Made by a program: the position numbers and the translations under genes. A stretch of 54,184 bases of DNA from a virus (taxonomy: Duplodnaviria > Caudoviricetes), in IMG/VR virus record IMGVR_UViG_3300017971_000339, positions 1-54,184 of that record; one strand, 5' to 3'. The notes under the pieces were generated by a model that made no database searches, had not been told where the DNA came from, and saw only the letters and a program-made list of their open reading frames with translations. Numbering within the stretch: the first letter of the stretch is position 1; each line of letters opens with the position of its first letter. Shown piece after piece: positions 37,435-45,377 of the stretch.

Positions 37435-38571
37435 AACTGTTGACTGCTGTTCTGGACTGTTGGATAGTGTTGACTGTTGAAGGTACGTTTTTTGTAGATG
37501 GCTTGTCACTCTGGAAATGGGTGGGAAGTCACCATATTTTATCTCCTCTTGTAATTCCCTGAATGTTCCTTGATGCAAACGTGTAGCTTTCCCCTGCTGG
37601 CGAGGATTACAGCGTCCATAATTTGCAAGGATATCAACCGCTTGATCGCGCTCCGGTTGGGAGATTCCATCCTGCAATTTATCGAATCGTGGAACTTGAT
37701 TGTAATCCATGTGCTTATCGCCCATCATTTGAATCGCAGCGATTAATTTTAAAACGAGTTGTTTTTCTTTTTCCTTTTGTGCCATTATTCCAGAAACGGT
37801 GTTTGCCATTTGAGTGTAATCCATTTTCTTTTGGTTCTTCTGGTGCTGATCCTTTTTCCAGTCTATGTTCTGCTCTGCAGCTTTAGTTACTCGATACAAG
37901 AAAAACCAGAAGATGAGAACGCTAACCACAATTCCAATGGTGATTGCATAGGTTTTGATGGTTTCGATAAATTCATGATTGGATACATCAATGTCGTTCT
38001 TTTCATTCTGGGATTGAACCGCATCTGATTTGGCTTGCAATTCTAACGCCATCATTTCTTTTCCATGCTCAATTGTGGCAACCGCTTGTGTTTCTAACGC
38101 TCCCAGAGAAACCGCTGTTTGAGTATAGGAAACGGACTGTTGCTGCTCAATATCGTCAATCTCTTTTTGTGCTCTTTTTTGTGCAACCTGGATTTCCCAG
38201 TATTTCGCCTCGGATGTAGCGCTCGCTGCTAATCCACCCAAATAGGATTGCGTCTTTTCGAGCGCTTGGCTAGTTTTCTGGAAATCAGGAACAGACGCGG
38301 GTTTCTGGATATCTTCGCTCTTACTGCCTCCCTGTCCGATGCTGTCCGATGCTGCAGCTGCATTTCCAATATTCAAACGCAAGTTTTCCATGATTGCAGT
38401 TTGCTTGGCAGAATGATCGTTTGGTGCGTCTACGGGTCCAGCGTAAAGCGCCCATCCAATGATGGACAATAATAGCATTCCAAACAAAAAGAAGAAAATC
38501 CAAAAACCCGCCTTATTCTTTTTTTTGCGGTGCGCTCTAATTGCAGCCATTTCTTGCGGTGTTAGTTTCAT
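37399..38571 (-). CDS. Two-TM membrane protein with extracytoplasmic coiled coil
   Basis: Two hydrophobic helices, TQTA-type repeats; start moved to MKLTPQ (38571). Confidence 0.65.
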   Translation of the reverse strand: MKLTPQEMAAIRAHRKKKNKAGFWIFFFLFGMLLLSIIGWALYAGPVDAPNDHSAKQTAIMENLRLNIGNAAAASDSIGQGGSKSEDIQKPASVPDFQKTSQALEKTQSYLGGLAASATSEAKYWEIQVAQKRAQKEIDDIEQQQSVSYTQTAVSLGALETQAVATIEHGKEMMALELQAKSDAVQSQNEKNDIDVSNHEFIETIKTYAITIGIVVSVLIFWFFLYRVTKAAEQNIDWKKDQHQKNQKKMDYTQMANTVSGIMAQKEKEKQLVLKLIAAIQMMGDKHMDYNQVPRFDKLQDGISQPERDQAVDILANYGRCNPRQQGKATRLHQGTFRELQEEIKYGDFPPISRVTSHLQKTYLQQSTLSNSPEQQSTVRKIGEGVYSGN

Positions 38572-38588
38572 AATTTCGTTTTGTGGAT

Positions 38589-38665
38589 CGCCCAGATTGA
38601 TTCTAAGGCGATTCCTGGTGAGATTGGATTGCTGATATGGATAGAACCACAAAGCGCCTTAGATT
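38589..38665 (-). repeat. Dispersed ~77-bp inverted-repeat element, copy 3 (opposite orientation)
   Basis: 38589-38613 is the exact reverse complement of 10006-10030; second arm at 38651-38665. Confidence 0.8.
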
Positions 38666-39347
38666 AGCCCTTTCCTTCACGGAGATATTCTTTCCATCTT
38701 GTGACTGTTCTGCCCGTTACTTCCGGAAACATGGTTTTTAGGGTTTCCCTGGAATGTCCATTCTGCAGCTGTGCTTTCATCTCTGGCGAAAGTTCGCGCC
38801 AATCACTGACAGAATAGATCGCGGTGCTGTCCAGTTCTGTCTTTTTTCTGTCCGCTGCTTTCCTGGATTTGCTGGATGCTTTTTTTGTACTAGATCTCGC
38901 ATTCTTGTTTTCTACCATGCTGATCGAATTATTCGTGGCAATCAGGAGCGCTCCTGAGAGGCTAAGTAAACTCAGGAATGCTATCGCCAGGGATTGAATG
39001 ACAGCGCTGCTCTCGTGCCAGTTGTGCGCCTCTAGTAGCACATTTGTAAGAATGATTGCTGTAAGATAGATCGTATAAGAAATCAGTGGTGGGTATTCGG
39101 ATACGTGATTTTTCTCATCCTTGTATCTGCGATTGAATTGTTTCGCTTTGTAATAGATGGATATCGAACCAATTCCGATTCCCTCTGCAGCTGCAGCGAT
39201 GAGCAGAGCGCCTACCCCATGCAAGCCCATGATTCTAGTAAGATTGATAAACAGAAAAATTGCGGGGATGATCGAAGCAACAAAAGGCGTAATGCTAACG
39301 ACTAATTCTGTTAGCGTTTTCTCAAAGAATTCTGTAATCTTATTCAT
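38664..39347 (-). CDS. Four-TM membrane protein with C-terminal HTH-like segment
   Basis: Four hydrophobic helices, basic linker, VTGRTVTRW; start moved to MNKITE. Confidence 0.65.
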   Translation of the reverse strand: MNKITEFFEKTLTELVVSITPFVASIIPAIFLFINLTRIMGLHGVGALLIAAAAEGIGIGSISIYYKAKQFNRRYKDEKNHVSEYPPLISYTIYLTAIILTNVLLEAHNWHESSAVIQSLAIAFLSLLSLSGALLIATNNSISMVENKNARSSTKKASSKSRKAADRKKTELDSTAIYSVSDWRELSPEMKAQLQNGHSRETLKTMFPEVTGRTVTRWKEYLREGKG

Positions 39348-39525
39348 CGTTGTACTTCTTTGAATTCGTGCGAAAATAAAAATAATGTTCAATCGCTCTA
39401 TGGATTGTTCCGGTAATATCATCTCCGTCTAGTTCCATGATGCGCTCAAATTTTCGGTTGACTACATCTGGTAAATTGACGGTTATTTTTCTGTGAGATT
39501 TCTTGCTTGTTGATTTGTTTGGCAT
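39340..39525 (-). CDS. Ribbon-helix-helix (CopG/Arc-like) regulator
   Basis: KITVNLPD strand followed by two helices ending IHRAIEHY. Confidence 0.65.
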   Translation of the reverse strand: MPNKSTSKKSHRKITVNLPDVVNRKFERIMELDGDDITGTIHRAIEHYFYFRTNSKKYNDE

Positions 39526-39537
39526 AAGATACCCATT

Positions 39538-39623
39538 GCATCCTCGCAGCGAGTAGAATCAATCGGATGGGTAACATCGCCCCCGCGAATAATTATAGGG
39601 GTCGGTTTTCGCTGCGAGGATGC
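39538..39623 (-). promoter_or_regulatory. Structured 5' leader closed by a perfect 15-bp stem
   Basis: GCATCCTCGCAGCGA / TCGCTGCGAGGATGC. Confidence 0.7.
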
Positions 39624-39643
39624 GTTAAGGAGATAATAAGATA

Positions 39644-39672
39644 ATATTATCGTTCTAATCTTATTATGTCAA
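39644..39672 (-). promoter_or_regulatory. Sigma70-like promoter for the RHH operon
   Basis: Minus strand TTGACA-17 nt-TAATAT. Confidence 0.65.
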
Positions 39673-39681
39673 GTAGCAAAT

Positions 39682-39712
39682 AAAAAAGAGAGAGCGTCCA
39701 CGCTCTCTCTTT
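39682..39712 (-). terminator. Intrinsic terminator
   Basis: AAAGAGAGAGCGT/ACGCTCTCTCTTT stem with T run on the minus strand. Confidence 0.8.
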
Positions 39713-39732
39713 GATCTTAGGTTAATTTGTGT

Positions 39733-40119
39733 TTATACGCTCTCTTTTGCCATTTCGTGTTCGAGCGAATTACGAAATTGTGTCCAGAGAACATCAAGGT
39801 CATTCTCAGGAATATTCTGGGCGCTCATTAGAAACCGGAACGCAGGTTCAATCATGTTGTAGTCAACGTAGTTCGCTCTGGCAATCTTCCGGTATCGCTC
39901 GGTGATCTCCTCAACTTGCGCTTGAATCTCTCCATTGACATATGCGATCAAATCGGCGGTAGCTTGATTCAAGTCAGCATCATCTGGAACATCCATCCAC
40001 GCCCCCGCTGTAACTTCATCGCTCATGTACTCGAATTTGCGAGAGATCAGTGCAGGATTGATTTTGCGTTTGCGCTCAATATGGATTGTTTTGGGTTGGA
40101 TCTCAATTTTATCTACCAT
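39733..40119 (-). CDS. Hypothetical protein
   Basis: AGGAG RBS before MVDKIE (40119). Confidence 0.55.
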   Translation of the reverse strand: MVDKIEIQPKTIHIERKRKINPALISRKFEYMSDEVTAGAWMDVPDDADLNQATADLIAYVNGEIQAQVEEITERYRKIARANYVDYNMIEPAFRFLMSAQNIPENDLDVLWTQFRNSLEHEMAKESV

Positions 40120-40556
40120 CCTGCTCCTCCTGATTTCGAGTATAACCATGCTTTTGTCAGCGATAGAACCGTTTCATGGTAGCACTTTTCCGCTTGCACT
40201 GCATTGAGTGAATCCTGCTCAATTTGAAGTTCTTCACGCGCGACCTTCACGCCGGTATCAAGTTCAACGGCCTGTTCTTCAAGTTGCTTGATTTGCGCAA
40301 CCTTCATTTTTTGATCAATGGTTCCGGTTTCATAAGCTGCGAGAATTGCAGCGGTTTTTGCTTTGCTCAATTTGCGCTCGGCGATGTTTACCGCTTTCTT
40401 GGCGAGATACTCCTGTTCAACTGCGAGTTCTGCAGCGAGCGCAAGTGCTATTGCTTGCGCGGGAACTGAGAAATCTTTTTCTTGCGCTTGCTTGATGTTC
40501 TCGATTATAGCCTTTAAGATTTCTTTTTCATGGTTAGTCTGTTTTTCTTCCATCAT
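40113..40556 (-). CDS. Hypothetical coiled-coil protein
   Basis: AGGAGTTGA RBS; helical. Confidence 0.6.
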   Translation of the reverse strand: MMEEKQTNHEKEILKAIIENIKQAQEKDFSVPAQAIALALAAELAVEQEYLAKKAVNIAERKLSKAKTAAILAAYETGTIDQKMKVAQIKQLEEQAVELDTGVKVAREELQIEQDSLNAVQAEKCYHETVLSLTKAWLYSKSGGAGW

Positions 40557-40616
40557 TCAACTCCTGATAATAGATTGAGAGCGGGGATTTCTCCCCGCCC
40601 AATTAGTGATTATGGG

Positions 40617-41453
40617 TTAGAACGGGATCTCGTCATCCTGGATTGGATCGTTTTGCGGTGATTGCTGCTGGCGAGAATATCCACGATTTGATTTGCTTTG
40701 ATCTGCATTCTCAGGATGCAACCAATCCTCATCGTTATACCAATCGAGTGCCTCAACATTCAGTTGCGAGATGGTACGAGCGAGTTCATTCCCAATATAG
40801 GGGAGATTCGTAGCGTCCAGCCCATCCCGAATGAATAGCTGTGGATAGGTTTCCTTTCCGTGCGATCCTGCAAACTTGCTCACGTCACCAAATGTTCCGA
40901 TGGCGCAGTAGAAAAAATGAGCAGGGATTCCGGTATCGAATTTGCTGCAGAAATCCAGCCATTTCTCACGCGCTGTATTGAATTTCGAGGCTGTCCAGGA
41001 TTTCGTGGTTAGGATTGCAGGCGTTAGTGGTTCCAATCCATTCTTGGTTTTATTGGCAATATATACCAGGGTTTGTGATTGGCTCTTTCCATCTATCCAG
41101 CGAACCCGCCCACCAATTGGAGCGAATATCAGGAAACGCCAAGTGTAGATGTGATAAAACTCGTTGGGGATTGGAACGTAATTCTTGTCTTTTTTTGCGT
41201 GTGTTTCCTTGATTTCTGGAACTGGAATATCCAGTTTCTCGCAGAGCTTGTCCCAATCTGCGCAATCGATACCCCACCGCCCAAAATATTTGCTAGTGGG
41301 TTTTTGTTGCTCATCCAATGAATCTGGGTTCCCGTGTCGCCAGGAGATAAACGGCGCATCAAATGGCAGCTGTACCAAATTGCTTTGGTTTTCATTCTGG
41401 GTATACTCCTCATCTGCTAAAGATGAGTCAAAATTATATGGGTTGTCATTCAT
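40617..41453 (-). CDS. Putative single-stranded DNA-binding/recombination protein
   Basis: Disordered Q-rich tail ending in DDEIPF, the SSB C-terminal motif. Confidence 0.6.
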   Translation of the reverse strand: MNDNPYNFDSSLADEEYTQNENQSNLVQLPFDAPFISWRHGNPDSLDEQQKPTSKYFGRWGIDCADWDKLCEKLDIPVPEIKETHAKKDKNYVPIPNEFYHIYTWRFLIFAPIGGRVRWIDGKSQSQTLVYIANKTKNGLEPLTPAILTTKSWTASKFNTAREKWLDFCSKFDTGIPAHFFYCAIGTFGDVSKFAGSHGKETYPQLFIRDGLDATNLPYIGNELARTISQLNVEALDWYNDEDWLHPENADQSKSNRGYSRQQQSPQNDPIQDDEIPF

Positions 41454-41486
41454 TTGTAACTCCTTGAATTCTTTGTGTGTTTTGAA

Positions 41487-41951
41487 TTATTTACAGGAAA
41501 TATAAAAATCAATTAGATAGCGCATCTTGCGCGAATGATTTTTTCCTGGAACAGAGTCGAGAACTGCGCTCTGCTCCTCATTGATGTAAAAACCTCCTAG
41601 TTGGCGTGGATAATTCCCATCTTGCGCAGCTGTAAAATCTGGTTGCTGCTCTGCATGGGTTGAATAGAAATCAATCAGGAATCGGATTTTCTCAGAATAG
41701 AAAGTGAGTCCGGTTTCTGAGATTACATCTGCTTGATCTTGCGATACACGGAATCCATTTTTCAGGATGGGATACGTTGGGGGCATGGTGATTTCCTGCG
41801 CATCCTTGCCGAGATCTTGTTCCACTTGCTTTATGATTGCGCTAACCCGCTGTTTTGATACTCCGAATCGCTCCCCAATCTTGGAGAATGAGGGGCGATT
41901 TGGATCAATTGCAGCTTGATAGATTTGCATAGTCTTTTTTGTAATGCTCAT
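41487..41951 (-). CDS. Transcription regulator: sigma-r4-like HTH plus two repeated RHH-like units
   Basis: SFSKIGERFGVSKQRVSAI; internal repeat ending RxLIDFY. Confidence 0.7.
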   Translation of the reverse strand: MSITKKTMQIYQAAIDPNRPSFSKIGERFGVSKQRVSAIIKQVEQDLGKDAQEITMPPTYPILKNGFRVSQDQADVISETGLTFYSEKIRFLIDFYSTHAEQQPDFTAAQDGNYPRQLGGFYINEEQSAVLDSVPGKNHSRKMRYLIDFYISCK

Positions 41952-42361
41952 TTGTTCTCCATTTCCCAGAGATGCGGGAATTCTGCTTGTACCTGCTCTA
42001 ATTTTGTGTATCCTGTTTTAGCGATTAATTCGCTAATAACCTGCTTGTCGTTGATCGCGCCGCGCTTTGAAAATGCAGCGATATTTTTTATCGTAACCCA
42101 TCGCCGAAAATTTCTTGCTTTGAGCGCATTTAATTCTGCTTGGCTCAACGCTAATTTTAGCAGCTGCGCAAGCATTTCGCGATCCAGTTGATTCTGCTCA
42201 TTCAATGAATTTAAAATGCAGCTTTGAGCGATCAATTCCGCTTTTTCTGATCCTAATAATTCGATGAGTTTATTCGTCGCGATCTTTGCATCCCATTCTG
42301 CGTTGCGGGTGCGTGCATGGGGGTCGTTGATTTGCTGGTTGGGATTTCGATTTGCTTTCAT
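41948..42361 (-). CDS. Hypothetical protein
   Basis: AAGGAGTTGAA RBS, preceded by its own promoter. Confidence 0.6.
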   Translation of the reverse strand: MKANRNPNQQINDPHARTRNAEWDAKIATNKLIELLGSEKAELIAQSCILNSLNEQNQLDREMLAQLLKLALSQAELNALKARNFRRWVTIKNIAAFSKRGAINDKQVISELIAKTGYTKLEQVQAEFPHLWEMENK

Positions 42362-42393
42362 AATTCAACTCCTTTTGATTAATGATCTGCGAT

Positions 42394-42426
42394 AATCTTA
42401 TCACATTGTAGAATATGTGTCAATAG
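42394..42426 (-). promoter_or_regulatory. Repeated early promoter, copy 1
   Basis: TTGACA-catattctacaatgtga-TAAGAT on the minus strand. Confidence 0.8.
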
Positions 42427-42428
42427 AA

Positions 42429-42671
42429 TTATGATGATTTCTCAGGATAATTCCAGACTACAAATCGGTGTGATCTCTTATTGAGAAATGCGGAAACAGC
42501 AATTTGTCCATGATCGAATATTGTTAGATAGCAATATTGAGATCTTTTCCCTGCTCCACTAATTTTACCCCCTCTGATAACATGACCAACTAATATTAGA
42601 ATTTCATTGAAATCAAGTTCTGTTCTGTTTTCTATGATAATTTTTTTGTCTTGCTCTTGCTGCTCGTCCAT
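42429..42671 (-). CDS. Hypothetical protein
   Basis: AAGGAG RBS. Confidence 0.55.
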   Translation of the reverse strand: MDEQQEQDKKIIIENRTELDFNEILILVGHVIRGGKISGAGKRSQYCYLTIFDHGQIAVSAFLNKRSHRFVVWNYPEKSS

Positions 42672-42674
42672 TTT

Positions 42675-44894
42675 CTACTCCTTGATGGTTTCTCGAATAT
42701 CTTCTGTTTTCGATTTGATGATCTTGCTCAATTCTCCCAGAATGGAGAACTGTTGAGTTACGTTTTGTCCATCCAATGTTTGATGGGCTATTTTTGCTTT
42801 TTGTTCTAATAGGGAAATAATGTGTTCATCGATGGTATTTTCTGCAGCTAAGTGCCACGCTGTTACCGTTTCGGTTTGCCCGATGCGGTGAACTCGATCA
42901 ATTGCTTGTTCGATATCGTCCGGTGTCCAGGGGAACTCCATAATCGCGACATTGCTGGCAGCGGTAAGCGTAATGGCAACTCCTGCAGCTTGCATGTTTC
43001 CTACGAATAAGCGAATGCGTGAGTTGTTCTGGAATTCATCGATAGCATTCTGCCGTTTCTTGTCGCTCATCCCGCCCCTGATCATTACCGCTTGATCTGA
43101 GAAAGCAGCGAAAAGCGCTCCTGTAATTTCTCGATGGGTTGCAAATACTACCAACTTTTCTCCGCTTTGCAGGAATTCTCTAATCCATTCGATGGTTGCT
43201 GGAAGTTTCCCGCGCGCAGCTGCTTGTTTAGCTTTTTCGATAGCAGCGAGGTGTTCTGTTCCGGTCGTATTCGCTGCAACGTTGATATATTCTTCGTATG
43301 CTGCGCGCTCGCTCTCTGAGAATTCTAAAACGATAGTTGCTCTCATTTTCTCAGGTAGTTCGCTCATAACTTCGCGCTTGGTTCTGCGCGTAACCCAGGG
43401 CTTGATTTTCTCATGAAGTTCGTCAAGGTTTCGAGCTGCTCCCAATCCATAACCCCGCGCGAATGAATTATAGCGAGTGGCAAATTGGAACCAGTTACCC
43501 CAGGATGCTGGATCGATGGCATTCAAATGGGTGAATAATTCCATTGGTCGATTCCGGATGGGCGTTCCGGTCATTGGGATGTATGCTTTGGCAATTTTTG
43601 CCAATCCTACCATTTCTGAATTTTTTGGATCTCCCACAATCGCTTTAGTGCGCTGTGCTTTGGGGTTCTTGATTTTATGCGCCTCATCTACGATGAGCGC
43701 TTTAGGTTCAATCTCTGCGAGCACAGGATACCAATATGAGAGAATATGGTAATTGATAATCAGGATAGTAGCATCTTTGATCAAGTTGATATCAGGTTTC
43801 TGCCCCTGCAGGATTTGTACCACTTCTGGATTTGTCATAAATTTTTTGATTTCTCTTGACCAATTTATTTTCGCTGCAGCTGGAACCACGATAATTGCGG
43901 GGCGCAACTCTGGGTGCAGCTGCAGATACCCAAGTGCTTGGGCTGTTTTTCCTAATCCCATCTTATCGGTGATGAAATGTCGTCCACCAGAGCGCTCAAT
44001 ATTTTCAACTCCTGCTCGTTGAAATGGGAAGAGGCTTGTTCGCATCCCGGGTACATCGAAATCGGTAGATGCTGCTCTGCTGGCATTTTTCGCAACTTCA
44101 ATCTTTTGCAATTCGGCGTTGAAATCCTGCGTGAAATGGCAATCTGCGAATAATTCCCTTACTCTCTCAATTTCTGTGAGCGGGCTTTCCCAGGGTTTAC
44201 CAGTTATATTGCTATTCCATTTGCGTTCTAATTTATCGATGCGGGTTCTATAATCGGTTCCCTTTGCGATGGCCATTCCAAAATAATAGCGTATTTTTCC
44301 ATCCTCAACTGTAATTTTTGGCTTGCTCGCATTATTGGTGACGGTTACTTTGTGATTTGGATCTCGTTCGATCTTATCAACCAAATCGAGAAAAGCAGGA
44401 GCATATTTCCAATCTGGGCGACCCCCGAATAGCTGCTGTACTTTGAGCGCATCGCTCGCGTTGGCAATCCAGGGTAAATCTTTGATGTTAGGGTCCCATC
44501 TGCGAAATGATAGTTCGTCCAGCTTTGCGCGATCTGCGGTGCTTGGCTTGCCCCCGAATACTATCAGGATTTGACCTCCATCCAATGAGATATATTTGGT
44601 TTTCCCGTTGCTGGATTTTTTGCTCTGCTCAAATTGGGCTGCGTCAAATGGGGGAATCTCGAATGGAATTTGGCGCTTATAGAAAGTTGCCATTTTCCAA
44701 GCTGCTTTGAATTGATTGGGGGTCAAATCGCCTTTGGTTTGAATCCATTGGGCCATGCTCTTGCCGAAAGCGGTATCAAATGAATTGAACCCCGCGTCGT
44801 CTTTTTTGGATGCCCCATCGCAATTTGCAGCAAGAATCAAAATTGCATCCTGAACTTGCTCTTGAACCTCTTTAAGATTGATTTTCTTATTCAT
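42675..44894 (-). CDS. SNF2-family helicase (SMARCAL1/HARP-like)
   Basis: DKMGLGKT, DEAH, MTGTP..NRP, RRTK, QAIDRVHRIGQ. Confidence 0.92.
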   Translation of the reverse strand: MNKKINLKEVQEQVQDAILILAANCDGASKKDDAGFNSFDTAFGKSMAQWIQTKGDLTPNQFKAAWKMATFYKRQIPFEIPPFDAAQFEQSKKSSNGKTKYISLDGGQILIVFGGKPSTADRAKLDELSFRRWDPNIKDLPWIANASDALKVQQLFGGRPDWKYAPAFLDLVDKIERDPNHKVTVTNNASKPKITVEDGKIRYYFGMAIAKGTDYRTRIDKLERKWNSNITGKPWESPLTEIERVRELFADCHFTQDFNAELQKIEVAKNASRAASTDFDVPGMRTSLFPFQRAGVENIERSGGRHFITDKMGLGKTAQALGYLQLHPELRPAIIVVPAAAKINWSREIKKFMTNPEVVQILQGQKPDINLIKDATILIINYHILSYWYPVLAEIEPKALIVDEAHKIKNPKAQRTKAIVGDPKNSEMVGLAKIAKAYIPMTGTPIRNRPMELFTHLNAIDPASWGNWFQFATRYNSFARGYGLGAARNLDELHEKIKPWVTRRTKREVMSELPEKMRATIVLEFSESERAAYEEYINVAANTTGTEHLAAIEKAKQAAARGKLPATIEWIREFLQSGEKLVVFATHREITGALFAAFSDQAVMIRGGMSDKKRQNAIDEFQNNSRIRLFVGNMQAAGVAITLTAASNVAIMEFPWTPDDIEQAIDRVHRIGQTETVTAWHLAAENTIDEHIISLLEQKAKIAHQTLDGQNVTQQFSILGELSKIIKSKTEDIRETIKE

Positions 44895-45102
44895 TTTTCA
44901 CCCAGATTGAACCCTCGTGAGAAATCTCTACCCCATTCCGTCCGATTCTTTTCCATTCAAGTTCAATTCTCCATTGACCATGAATATAGCGAGCATCAAC
45001 CGCTTTCAAGCTGTGAGATCTGGTTCCGAACCAAATATCCCCACGCAAATTTTGCTGATTGCCTTCTTCTAATGCTTTTTGAATCGCTTGCTCTTTATTC
45101 AT
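44887..45102 (-). CDS. Hypothetical protein
   Basis: AAGGAG RBS before MNKEQ; first gene after the leftward promoter. Confidence 0.55.
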   Translation of the reverse strand: MNKEQAIQKALEEGNQQNLRGDIWFGTRSHSLKAVDARYIHGQWRIELEWKRIGRNGVEISHEGSIWVKNE

Positions 45103-45133
45103 TTCCGAACTCCTTATTAAGTTGATCTGCTCC

Positions 45134-45166
45134 AATCTTATCAGATTGTAGAATACCTGTCAATAG
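45134..45166 (-). promoter_or_regulatory. Repeated early promoter, copy 2
   Basis: TTGACA-ggtattctacaatctga-TAAGAT; 30 of 33 bases match 42394-42426. Confidence 0.8.
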
Positions 45167-45194
45167 ATTAGATGTGTCAATAACGGAATCCATA

Positions 45195-45223
45195 TTGACA
45201 GAAAAATGGTTGTCGGCTAAGAT
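45195..45223 (+). promoter_or_regulatory. Divergent promoter for the replication operon
   Basis: TTGACA-17 nt-TAAGAT. Confidence 0.75.
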
Positions 45224-45265
45224 TGGAGCGCGAGAGTTAATACCGTTTCTAATTGAATATTTTCT

Positions 45266-45361
45266 AAAACCCGTTTTACTCTGGGGCTTTTTGCCCCACT
45301 GTCATGGTATTTTCTCTCGCAAAGACTACACCTGGGCAGGCCTCAGAATAAAGCGGGTTTT
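45266..45361 (+). promoter_or_regulatory. Structured leader of the replication initiator mRNA
   Basis: AAAACCCGTTTTACTCTGGGGC pairs with GCCTCAGAATAAAGCGGGTTTT. Confidence 0.65.
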
Positions 45362-45377
45362 CTTTTAAGGATAAGGA

